Shown here: positions 30,022 to 39,292 of the stretch, piece after piece
How positions within the stretch are numbered: position 1 is the first letter of the stretch
How the letters are laid out: each line of letters opens with the position of its first letter
IMG/VR virus record: IMGVR_UViG_3300032038_000077
Location: 708-64,707 of that record
From: a virus
DNA length: 64,000 nucleotides
Strand: one strand, 5' to 3'
The notes under the pieces: model-generated
What the model was told of the DNA's origin: nothing
The model's database searches: none
What the model saw: only the letters and a program-made list of their open reading frames with translations
Translations under genes and position numbers: made by a program

Positions 30022-30789
30022 TTAGCAAAATACTTCTGTGAGAACACGTCGTGTGTCGTCCTCACTGATATTTAAGTATCTACGTGTCGTCTCAATGCTT
30101 GAATGTCTCATAGCGGTCTGAATGTTCTCAATGGGAACACCTGCACGCATCAAGGCATTAGCGAAATACCTTCTCAAACTATGGGCATGATATGGGAGAT
30201 TGCCTGCACGCTTTGCAATCGCGTGTATATAGTTCTTGACTGTACCTACCGCCAAACCGATTAGCAAATCATCGCTTGATTTTCCCTGCATCACTTTTTG
30301 CAAGAGGGATAAGAGGGCAGGGGATACGATTGGTACAACCGAATCCCTGTGTCCCTTTGTGTTCCGGAGAATAAGTGTCTTTCTTGACAGGTTGACATCT
30401 CTCACCTTCAAGCCGCACACTTCTGAAACGCGCAAACCGTTTTGCGCCATTAGCATAAACGCTAACTTGTGCTCGTTACCGTGTACCTGCTTGAACATTG
30501 CTTGAACTTCTGACTTAGAAGGGCAGGGTTGCACTTTTTTGTCCTCTCTAAAGCCGTTAATCAACCGGCGAATGTCCGGTGTTAATTCGCCGTAATAGGA
30601 CAGCGCGGCCTTGAATACAGTGAGTCTCAATTTCTTGCTTGCAGGACTTGCGTTTTTGTCGCTGATTACTTGCAAGACTTCCTGCTTGTTTCCTTGCGGG
30701 AAATACTTCTGTAATGCCGTTCTGTAGGCGGCATAGGTTGCAGGCCTACGAACGGCCTGCACCTCCTTCAAAAAATCCTCATAATCCAT
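30022..30789 (-). CDS. Second tyrosine recombinase (compact XerC/D-like)
   Basis: GLRVSEVCGL, TKG, HAHSLRRYFA, MRHSSIETTRRY; no arm-binding domain. Confidence 0.9.
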   Translation of the reverse strand: MDYEDFLKEVQAVRRPATYAAYRTALQKYFPQGNKQEVLQVISDKNASPASKKLRLTVFKAALSYYGELTPDIRRLINGFREDKKVQPCPSKSEVQAMFKQVHGNEHKLAFMLMAQNGLRVSEVCGLKVRDVNLSRKTLILRNTKGHRDSVVPIVSPALLSLLQKVMQGKSSDDLLIGLAVGTVKNYIHAIAKRAGNLPYHAHSLRRYFANALMRAGVPIENIQTAMRHSSIETTRRYLNISEDDTRRVLTEVFC

Positions 30790-30806
30790 CGTTGTCTTTC
30801 CTTTCC

Positions 30807-31298
30807 TCACTCGTCAATGTATGGGATATCCTTAGTGTCAATCCCGGCATTATCCATTTCGTCAATGACTTCTTGAAAGTCACATTCTAATGAATCCATG
30901 TCAATCATGTAATCATTGTAATCATTAGAAAGTTCCCGGACTTTATCGCGGTTTTCCCATAACCATTGCGCATCCGGTTTTGGCAGGGATTCAACGGATT
31001 CTTCCAGACTTCCAGAACAAATGTTATTCAGATTGTCGAACCAGAAATAATCATCGTTGATTCTGAATCCATCAGCAAGTCCCCAGATAACGTCAGATAC
31101 TTTTTGATCGCCAAAAAATTCGTCAAAATCACACATGGGGTATGCTTGATTGCCGTCGTGTTCGTTGTATGCGTTCTGAATTGCTGACATACCTTCTAGC
31201 GTACAGCCGTTTTCGTAAAGGTCTGCAAAGTTATCTGCCATTTCCTGCCATTCCTTGCGAATAGCGTCCAGTTTTTCCAGTGCCTTTTCTTTGTCCAT
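30807..31298 (-). CDS. Acidic hypothetical protein
   Basis: D/E-rich; FRINDDYFWFD motif; RBS AAGGAG. Confidence 0.65.
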   Translation of the reverse strand: MDKEKALEKLDAIRKEWQEMADNFADLYENGCTLEGMSAIQNAYNEHDGNQAYPMCDFDEFFGDQKVSDVIWGLADGFRINDDYFWFDNLNNICSGSLEESVESLPKPDAQWLWENRDKVRELSNDYNDYMIDMDSLECDFQEVIDEMDNAGIDTKDIPYIDE

Positions 31299-31412
31299 GA
31301 TACATTCTCCTTTTCTTGTATGCTTTTCTTGAAAGGTTATCCCTTCCATTATGCCTGCTAGGTATGCAAGTAGTTATACCTAACAGGCATTAGCAGGGGA
31401 TACGCCTTGCTA

Positions 31413-32051
31413 TTATGCCCGGATTACCCGTCGTCCCGCCGCGCTTTGTCCGTCTGTCCGGCCTCTACCCATAGCGTAATTGTTAGGTGAGTAATAAGAC
31501 GGCCTTGCGGTTACTACGTCGGGATATTCCCGCGCATACTTTTCCTTGACGTCATCCGGGGTAACAAGCACTAATGCCCGCGCTTGTTTTCGGAGTTCGT
31601 TTTCTACCGCATCACAGAACGCATAGCCATAACTTGACGTTACACCTTCTGTCGTGCCGTATTGTTCCAGACATTTTTTGCGCGTCTCTTTTAATCCCTT
31701 GCGTCCAATCGCAAGAAGGGCTTTCGCCGTTTTTGCGGCCGTCATACGGTCAACGGTGTGTCCCATAAAGTACACACGCTTTGCATACCTATAAGTAATA
31801 GGTTCACACCGGAAACACTTTGCAACTACATGGACAAGATGACTTTCCCATCTGCCTTTGTAGTCAATGTTTTCTTCTCCGATGTCGTCTTTGTTCTCAT
31901 GCGCGTCAATCTCTACGCTTGACACGTTATACTTTGCAAGTAGCCGTTGTGCCATTTTCGCGGCGGCAATCGCTTCCTCTTTTGACGCGCCGTTTTCTAC
32001 CGTAACCTGCATAAGTTTACTGATTCTTTCAACAATTTTCCCGTTATTCAT
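31413..32051 (-). CDS. DUF2786-domain protein
   Basis: KIVERISKLM...EAIAAAKMAQRLLAKYN...GRTDG. Confidence 0.8.
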   Translation of the reverse strand: MNNGKIVERISKLMQVTVENGASKEEAIAAAKMAQRLLAKYNVSSVEIDAHENKDDIGEENIDYKGRWESHLVHVVAKCFRCEPITYRYAKRVYFMGHTVDRMTAAKTAKALLAIGRKGLKETRKKCLEQYGTTEGVTSSYGYAFCDAVENELRKQARALVLVTPDDVKEKYAREYPDVVTARPSYYSPNNYAMGRGRTDGQSAAGRRVIRA

Positions 32052-32076
32052 TTGTTATTCTCCTTTTTCTTGATCG

Positions 32077-32969
32077 TTATTTCGTGAACCATGTCCAGCC
32101 GTATTCATCATAGGCGAACACAATTTCGCTAAACTTTTCAGCAAGGTGTTTAAACACCTTGTACTTGCTAGTAGAATAGTCACACCATTCTACATAATCG
32201 CCCGCTTTCCATCCATGAGAGGTGAAAAATTCCGGACTGATAATATCTAAGTCAATGTCTTTTTCGGGATTGTTTACAGCGTCCCACACGACGTCTTCCT
32301 TTACGTCGTCGTATGCTTCTACGCAATCAAGGCAAATGTATCCTTGATTTTCAATAAACACTCCCGTCTCTCCCGATTCGTATGCACGTCTGATATAGTG
32401 CCATTTCTGACAACGATCACAGAAATAAACGTCATCGTCTTCAATGACGATATACACGTTCCCTTCATCGCCATCGTAGTGGTCAATCATCCGCTGTACC
32501 AATCCTGCCTTTTTGTCCATTGCGGGGACAACTACACAATTGTCGCCGTCAACGTCTTCAATATAGAGGTCAATTTTGGCAAGTGCTTTTTCCAGTTTTT
32601 CGAAATTGAATGTCATGTTTACCAATCCTTTCCTGCATCGACGGGGATTGCTAATCCCGTCACACCTTCAATATATTTCCCGTCCTTGATTTTTTCGGCG
32701 GGTACTAAGATGTCATCCCGGCTTTTGTTGTTCTTCCATACCCATTGAGAGGTAATATAGAAGGTGTTTCCCTTTTGTTCCGGTAATCCGTATGTTCCCG
32801 CATAAAGCATACGGTACAGGGGAATACCGTTCACTTCTCCCGTCCGGATATAGCGCGTATTACACCGCGCAATTTCTCCTGTAGCAGGGATGACTACTTC
32901 CTGTCCATCCGCAATGATTTTGACATCGTGCGGACAAAGGTTGACTAAATCAAAGTCCTTTAAAATCAT
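32077..32969 (-). CDS. Two hypothetical proteins (32077-32625 acidic with CxxC; 32619-32969 VNLCPH family)
   Basis: Coupled ORFs with RBS. Confidence 0.6.
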
Positions 32970-33093
32970 ACTGACATCTTTCCTTTCTAAATCTGACTGA
33001 CTTTTCCCATCGCGTTACAGGATAAAGAACGCGATGAATACGAGCAATAATGCAAGCGGCATAGTCTCACCTTCTTTCTAGGCCTGCTGATTA

Positions 33094-33726
33094 TTAGGAC
33101 ATCATTCCTTTTTGCTTGAAGGAATGATAACGATTGTCCCCGATGATTACATGGTCAAGAACGGGGATGTCTAAGAGTTCCCCGGCACGCACTAACCGCC
33201 TTGTTACGGCGATGTCTTCACGGCTAGGCGTAGGGTCGCCGCTAGGATGATTGTGCGCTACAACAATTGCGGCGGCGGCGTCCATAATTGCCGGACGGAA
33301 CACTTCTCTAGGGTGTACAATGGACGCTGACAGACTGCCTACACTTACAGTCTTTGTTCCCATGATTTTGTTTTTCCTGTTTAACAGGATGACAACAAAA
33401 TGCTCCCGCTTTTCGTAGTGTAGGCGCGGCATAAGATAACGCGCTACGTCTTCCGGGGAATGTACGGCCTCAAGACCGTAACGTCGCGTAGCTAATAGGC
33501 GTGCTAACTCTGCAATCGCCTTGACTTTTAAGGCCTTGTTTTCTCCGATTCCGGGAACGTTCTTTGGATTTTCCATGATTGCAGGCAGGGCATAGCATCC
33601 GTATTCCTGCTTTGCATTGTCGAACGCTTTTTCATCGACGCCTAACAGGATTGATAAAAGTTCTGTACTTGTATAGGCGGCCATATTGTCGCCGTATACA
33701 GCAATCTTTTCCTTTACTGTATCCAT
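33094..33726 (-). CDS. radC: RadC-family JAB/MPN domain protein
   Basis: HPREVFR...HNHPSGDPTPSREDI...LDHVIIG. Confidence 0.92.
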   Translation of the reverse strand: MDTVKEKIAVYGDNMAAYTSTELLSILLGVDEKAFDNAKQEYGCYALPAIMENPKNVPGIGENKALKVKAIAELARLLATRRYGLEAVHSPEDVARYLMPRLHYEKREHFVVILLNRKNKIMGTKTVSVGSLSASIVHPREVFRPAIMDAAAAIVVAHNHPSGDPTPSREDIAVTRRLVRAGELLDIPVLDHVIIGDNRYHSFKQKGMMS

Positions 33727-33754
33727 TGTTATCTTTCCTTCCTGCTGATTCTGA

Positions 33755-34033
33755 TTAACGGCGGCCTAAATTCCAGTCGAAAAGCGATTTTACATGTTTA
33801 CGCGTTTCCCCGATTAACATGTAAAAACCCATATTGTCACGGCTGACAGGGTACATTTCGATAGAGTACAGGAATTTCCCGTATTTATCGGAATAATACA
33901 ACGACAGGAAGAATAAATAATGTTTCCCGTCAATGTATCTATGTCCTGCTAACCGTCTTTCTTTTCCGTCTTGTTTCCCGTAGAAAAAGATTTTCGATTT
34001 GTCATAAATTTTGCTAGGGGATTCACTGAACAT
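33755..34033 (-). CDS. Hypothetical protein
   Basis: RBS AAAGGAAAGG. Confidence 0.55.
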   Translation of the reverse strand: MFSESPSKIYDKSKIFFYGKQDGKERRLAGHRYIDGKHYLFFLSLYYSDKYGKFLYSIEMYPVSRDNMGFYMLIGETRKHVKSLFDWNLGRR

Positions 34034-34101
34034 AATTACACCTTTCCTTTCTATCCCATAGGCCGCCTTTCGACGGCCTATACCGGGATACAGCTTATTA
34101 T

Positions 34102-35211
34102 TTATTCGTCATCGTTGACGGCTTTCATGAGACGGGAACCGTATTTCCCGCGAATGTATCCCATGTCTTTACCGCATCCACGTCCAGACGACTTGTAATA
34201 AGACGGCTTCCAATACCAACATACCTTTTTGCTAGCGTAATAAAAGCCGTTCTCTTTCATGAGTTTCCGCGCCGCTACGTCCTCACGTTTCGTGCCGTGA
34301 ATCCAGATGTAAATTCCGCACAATTCCGCGCTACAATGCGCCGGTAGTTTTGCAATGACAGCGGCGGCCGCCTTAAATTCGCGATCAAATACGGCGGCTT
34401 TTTCATCGTCGGTCAATGCCGTCTTTTTGGGGATAAATCCCTTGACGTCATTTTTGTGCTCTAAGTCGTATGCTTTGCCTTTCAGTAAGGCAACTTCATA
34501 GGCCTTTGCAATGTTGGCAAAGATGTCCGCATTGCCGCCCTTATTGTCCGGATGGAAACGGCGCGCTAATTCGATATACTTTTCCCGGACGGCCTTAGAG
34601 CCGCGACAATCCGCAAACCATTCCGGGGACAGCGGGTCGGCCTGCTTTTCCGGTTCCTGCTTTTCCGTGTGTTCGGTCTTGTGTTCCTGCTTTTCCGTGT
34701 GTTCGGCTTTCGTTTCCGGTTTTGCCGTCTGCTTTTTGGCGGCCTTGACGGTCTTGTGTTCCGGTTTTTCGGCGGCTTTTTTGGCGGCTTTTGCGTCCAG
34801 TTTTTCCGTGTGTTCTGTCTTGTATTCGCGAATAAATTTCACGAATACAGCGCGTTTTCCGTCTACGTCTGCAATAATCCCATGTTTTACAACGTAGAAA
34901 CGCAACGATTCGACACGGAACAACGTGAGAGCGCGTGACAAATCAGTGAGAGAGAGCAGGCCGTTTTTTACCTGCACAAATTCCTGCCTTGCGTCCTTTT
35001 TGGCCTTGACGACACTTTTGCTGACAATGATAGAATCATTGTCTTTTCCCATATCCTTAAACCGGGATACGGTTTTTTCGTCTGCCTTACTTACAGGCAT
35101 ACCATCTGCCTTTACACCGCGAAAATCGGCGTTGCCCTTATGGGCATAGAGAAATTCCCCGTTTTCTGCCCACATAAAACCGCGCGTTACAGTAGCATTA
35201 AGTTTTTTCAT
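34102..35211 (-). CDS. J-domain (DnaJ-like) protein with K/E/T/H repeat linker
   Basis: YIELARRFHPDNKGG...IAKAYE; C-terminal ELCGIYIWI...KKVCWYW...IRGKYGS; repeated EHTEKQE. Confidence 0.75.
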   Translation of the reverse strand: MKKLNATVTRGFMWAENGEFLYAHKGNADFRGVKADGMPVSKADEKTVSRFKDMGKDNDSIIVSKSVVKAKKDARQEFVQVKNGLLSLTDLSRALTLFRVESLRFYVVKHGIIADVDGKRAVFVKFIREYKTEHTEKLDAKAAKKAAEKPEHKTVKAAKKQTAKPETKAEHTEKQEHKTEHTEKQEPEKQADPLSPEWFADCRGSKAVREKYIELARRFHPDNKGGNADIFANIAKAYEVALLKGKAYDLEHKNDVKGFIPKKTALTDDEKAAVFDREFKAAAAVIAKLPAHCSAELCGIYIWIHGTKREDVAARKLMKENGFYYASKKVCWYWKPSYYKSSGRGCGKDMGYIRGKYGSRLMKAVNDDE

Positions 35212-35319
35212 GGTAAATCTTCCTTTCAAAATATGACCTATAAATTTTCCTTAGAGGTTATACCCTCTATAATGTCCACTCTCAAACGACAGTGGACACT
35301 GATACAGGGTAGAGCCGTG

Positions 35320-36083
35320 TTATTCCAACCATGTCCCGGACAGGTCAGAATAGCGTTTGTATGTCGTGTATGTAGTTTCCGGGTTATAGCGCGGGAATGA
35401 ATAGCGCAAATTAACCCGCGACATTTCGGGACGTTTCCGCGCATTGCGGTAGATTTGCGCGGCTTGTTCTTCTGTGTCGCACACTACGACGTATTTATTA
35501 CGTCGGTTGTAGGATTTTCCCCATCCCGACATAAAGCCGTCAGTCATGGTTACGTAAATTTTTGATTCTTTCATTTTTAATTTCTCCTTTCTATTTTGAG
35601 AGTTAAATAGCGCGGATAACGTCGGACAGGAAAATAGTATGCCCTTTCGTCTTGAAATAATCCCCGCATTTTCCGTAGCGGATTTTTGCGCGGCTGATTC
35701 TGCCCGGTTTTCCGAAATTCCAACGAAAAACGACATAGTCATCTACGTCATAGACGACGTCGATAATCTCAAGACCGCCGAAAGTGGACAGGGCGAAAAG
35801 GCCTTTTGCCTGCAAAAGGTTATTCATGGTAAAACTCCTTTCAGAAGATCAGATAGAAGACGTAGGGGCTAACAAGGACGGCGATTTTTGTCCAGTTAGC
35901 TACGCGCCGCCCATTACGTGCGGCATAAACCGACATCGGCACGATGACGAATAGCCAAAACAGACTAAACGCCATAAATGACAGGTTGATCGAATCGGGA
36001 ATGCACCCATTCGTCAACCAATCATAGAAGGCCGTCACGCCTACGCCTATGGCAAGCGCGTGAACTGTGAGAAATTGTTTCAT
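35320..36083 (-). CDS. Three small first genes of the leftward operon (35320-35574, 35603-35827, 35841-36083 membrane protein)
   Basis: Each preceded by an AAAGGA-type RBS. Confidence 0.6.
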
Positions 36084-36099
36084 GTAAATCATCCTTTCA

Positions 36100-37263
36100 T
36101 GTCAGTTAAATTTTAGACAGGTTAGTGTCTTGAAAATACAGACACTATGAATACCTAATTAGATATTCATTTGTTCTATACTTTCAAGGCACTAACCTGT
36201 ACAGATAGACACATTTCGCCTTTGCCAACTACCTACGAATCCGTGGGTAATACCGTTGACAAAATCGGGTCAATGTGCTATTCTATACTTGTATCATAGT
36301 AGATAGATAGTGCCTTGTCCAAATTAGAGCCTTTCGGCTGTCGAATATGTACGCGAATACATATTAGGGGAAGGTATTTCCTTCCCCATTGGATAATCTG
36401 ACTGTAGCGATTTGTAGCAATTCAAACGAGCAAGAATTATAATACTTAATCAGTCGTTTTAGTATGTCACGTACTAGCGTACTGTTGTATCGTCAAGGTG
36501 GACATCATTGTTTTTGTCCGTTAGCGTATGTTTACTTTAAAAGTATCATTGCGCCGGGCTTTTTAGCGCCTTGACAATTTTTACACAAGATAAACACCAC
36601 GATAATAACGCCGTTGCTACTCCGAACGATTAACCCCGCCGGAACAACTTTGTTTTTTCGTTTTACATAATGTTTTCTTATGCCTGTACCCGTATGCGTC
36701 TATCAGTACAGAAGGGAATAACGTGCGCCCTTGCTAGGCTTTTCGTCGTTCCCTGCCTTGCACTTGCCTATATATTCGGTTCTCCGTCTCTCCTTGCCTT
36801 GTCACGTCGCCGGGAACGTCTGAAATTATCGGTTTTACCGTTCCTTTTGCAGGCCTGCTGATAGGTTGCGGGGGCGGGTCTTGTTCGTTACCTTTTCGCC
36901 TTTTTCCCGTCCTGTCAGTGGTTTCTTTCCGGTTTGGAGAAACTTCCTTGAATCGTATAGGTAGTTTGCACGGTTCTATTATCCCGGTATAATCTGCATT
37001 GTCATGCAGACTACACCTTCTTGTCAGTGTACACACTGCGGCCGATACTTACAGAACGGGCGGGGCGCCTATTGGCGTCGTTCCGTCTGTATGGCGTCAA
37101 GGTTTAACCCTTGCCCCCGATTCATCAACCGGGGGAAACCGTTGTTACACATGCGTGACTGTAGAAAATTTACGCATAGGGGTCTAGTGTGAGACCCGTT
37201 CTTATGTCGGGCGCCGTAGCACCTTATCCACTAACGTCAAGCCTTGCGGCTTTCCTTTAGCTT
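36100..37263 (-). ncRNA. Large structured non-coding RNA / leader (about 1.15 kb)
   Basis: Starts after a perfect promoter; continuous series of hairpins; no credible ORF. Confidence 0.6.
36256..36284 (+). promoter_or_regulatory. Convergent promoter inside the leader
   Basis: TTGACA-17 bp-TATTCT with extended TG. Confidence 0.55.
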
Positions 37264-37269
37264 GATTCC

Positions 37270-37298
37270 ATTATAACAAGTTGTTACAACGTTGTCAA
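37270..37298 (-). promoter_or_regulatory. Perfect leftward promoter
   Basis: Minus strand TTGACA-17 bp-TATAAT; the spacer holds the palindrome TAACAA-G-TTGTTA. Confidence 0.85.
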
Positions 37299-37381
37299 GC
37301 CTCGTTATGGAATTTTTTTCGATGTCATCAAGAAACACTGTCAAGCCTTGCGGCTTTCGTCATTTCCTTTTGACAGTTATC

Positions 37382-37410
37382 ACTATACCACTCTTACACT
37401 ATGCTGTCAA
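37382..37410 (-). promoter_or_regulatory. Second leftward promoter
   Basis: Minus strand TTGACA-17 bp-TATAGT with extended TG. Confidence 0.75.
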
Positions 37411-38758
37411 CACTTATTTGAAAAAAAAGAGAAACTTTTTGTTGTAACAATAACGATTACAAGATATGATATAATCTATTTTGGCGCATATATAGAAGGA
37501 AAACGAAAAGCAAGTGATGATATAACATAATTGTTATAGATACTATAACGATATTGTTATAGAAAGGTAATCATGTAATGATTAACATGAATAGTTGTGA
37601 CAGTCAACGGTTTGGGCTGGGCAATGGGCCGATAACAAGAAGAACAATCGTTCGTTGTTGATTAACAAGTGTTAGTTGACATGATTCAGCTATGTAGGTT
37701 AATGAGTATTGATTGACATAGTTGATAAATGTTAGAACGTGTCAATATTATACTAGTCGAATATGTTAATTTATACATAGGCGATTTTTTGAATTTCGAT
37801 TCTAACGAACGAAAAACAAGGCACGCATATAAAACCCTAGGCAAGAAGAAAAGGCCGCTAGACGCAATTACGGCGCATTTGAGGGCATTTTTATATTTAT
37901 GCAAAGTCGTGTATGATTATTCATATATGCGGTTGTATGCCGTAGATGCATGGGAAATATAACAGGGATAAATAGTGTGACAATGACGTGAAATAGTGCG
38001 ACAATTTAATTTGTCGTTTATACCATACCCCGGAACCGATAAATTTTATTTATACATAAACAAAACAAATAACAACACATAATAATAATAAATATTATTA
38101 ATTATAACAAAAACGTTATGATAACAATAACTTATGGTTATTGCGCGATCAAGGGAAACCATTGTTAGTGCAAAGTGTAACAAGAAAAGCGGCGGCGCGT
38201 CGTTGCAGTTGATGAAACGGCTGAAGTAATAACGGCGGTTACAAAAGTGTGACATAACGCGAATTATGTCATGGTTCGCCGTGTTCCGGCTTGTTCGTCG
38301 TCATTCGTCCTTTCATGCTTCTAGGGCATATGGGTGCAGATTCTATTACCAATAGGCATGGCGGGGCAGGCTGGGCGTGCGTTTAGTTCCAAAACCGTAC
38401 AAGCACCAAATTTCTCAAATCGCGCCTAAACGATTCATCGCATCACAGTTATCACTCACACTTAGTTATATATAATATATTAACCAAGCATAGCTGATGG
38501 TTACACATCAGTTACTAAGATAACACTTCCTAGGTTATGACTGACATAACTGTGAATACCCATCTTGTTGCCAATCGCCTTAATACTCATTCCCTTCTTA
38601 GTTTCTTGTTTTTCATCGTGTAGCCCTAGCCGATACACCTTACCTTAACGAGTGTCACAGTGAATCTTTACAGGTGACATAAAACTATTTCACTTCAAAC
38701 ACTTTTCTTGTGACAAGTTTTGTGCTATACTGTTATTACTAAGATAGGGGGTAATGGT

Positions 38759-39292
38759 ATGGCAAAGGAAAGTATAACAAGAGCGAAGACGGAACTGTTC
38801 TCTGTTTCGCTTCCGGTTGGATTGAAAGATGAGTTTCGTCAAGCATGTGAGAGCAATGGAGTAACAATGTCAGGCATAGTTGCCAGTCTAATCAAGACAT
38901 ATCTCCAAAATGCAGGCATAGTAAAATACATGAGTCAGGAGAAGGTTGCGATTGATGCCGCTAAAGATTATGCAGGGACAAAGAAAGTCCGTGTAGCTTT
39001 TGGTGCTTCTGTTCCGCTGATTGAGAGAGTTCGAGCGATTGCAGACGAACGGCATGTCAAATTGAGTACGATTTACCGTGAGGTTATCTCTAAGTGGGTT
39101 GACGGTAGATCAGCGGTCAAGGGTTCAACCGGGCTTATTAGCAACTCCAATTCCATTTCGCAAGGTGTGAGATTAGAGGGTGCTGTTGCACGTAAGTTTG
39201 AGATTGAGAAAAAGCGCGGTAGGTTTAATACAACAAAACTGATGAATGACCTTCTTGTTGAGTGGTTGCAAGAGCAGGGGGTAGAGAAGTGA
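38759..39292 (+). CDS. Multi-ribbon-helix-helix DNA-binding protein
   Basis: Three beta-alpha-alpha repeats, e.g. FSVSLPVGLKDEFRQAC...MSGIVASLIKTYL. Confidence 0.65.
   Translation: MAKESITRAKTELFSVSLPVGLKDEFRQACESNGVTMSGIVASLIKTYLQNAGIVKYMSQEKVAIDAAKDYAGTKKVRVAFGASVPLIERVRAIADERHVKLSTIYREVISKWVDGRSAVKGSTGLISNSNSISQGVRLEGAVARKFEIEKKRGRFNTTKLMNDLLVEWLQEQGVEK

Noticed and set aside
30022-30789. Invertase/shufflon controlled by the second recombinase
   Set aside because: No flanking inverted repeats or alternative gene cassettes seen
34640-34825. Repeat array in the J-domain gene as a DNA-level element
   Set aside because: In-frame 30-bp coding repeats (EHTEKQE linker) explain it
36670-37192. 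ORF-track ORFs within the long leader (e.g. 36734-37036 minus)
   Set aside because: No RBS, atypical composition, and overlap with dense hairpins; likely spurious
36100-37263. Self-cleaving ribozyme or c-di-GMP riboswitch in the leader
   Set aside because: Did not find hammerhead CUGANGA/GAAA, twister or c-di-GMP core motifs; needs cmscan
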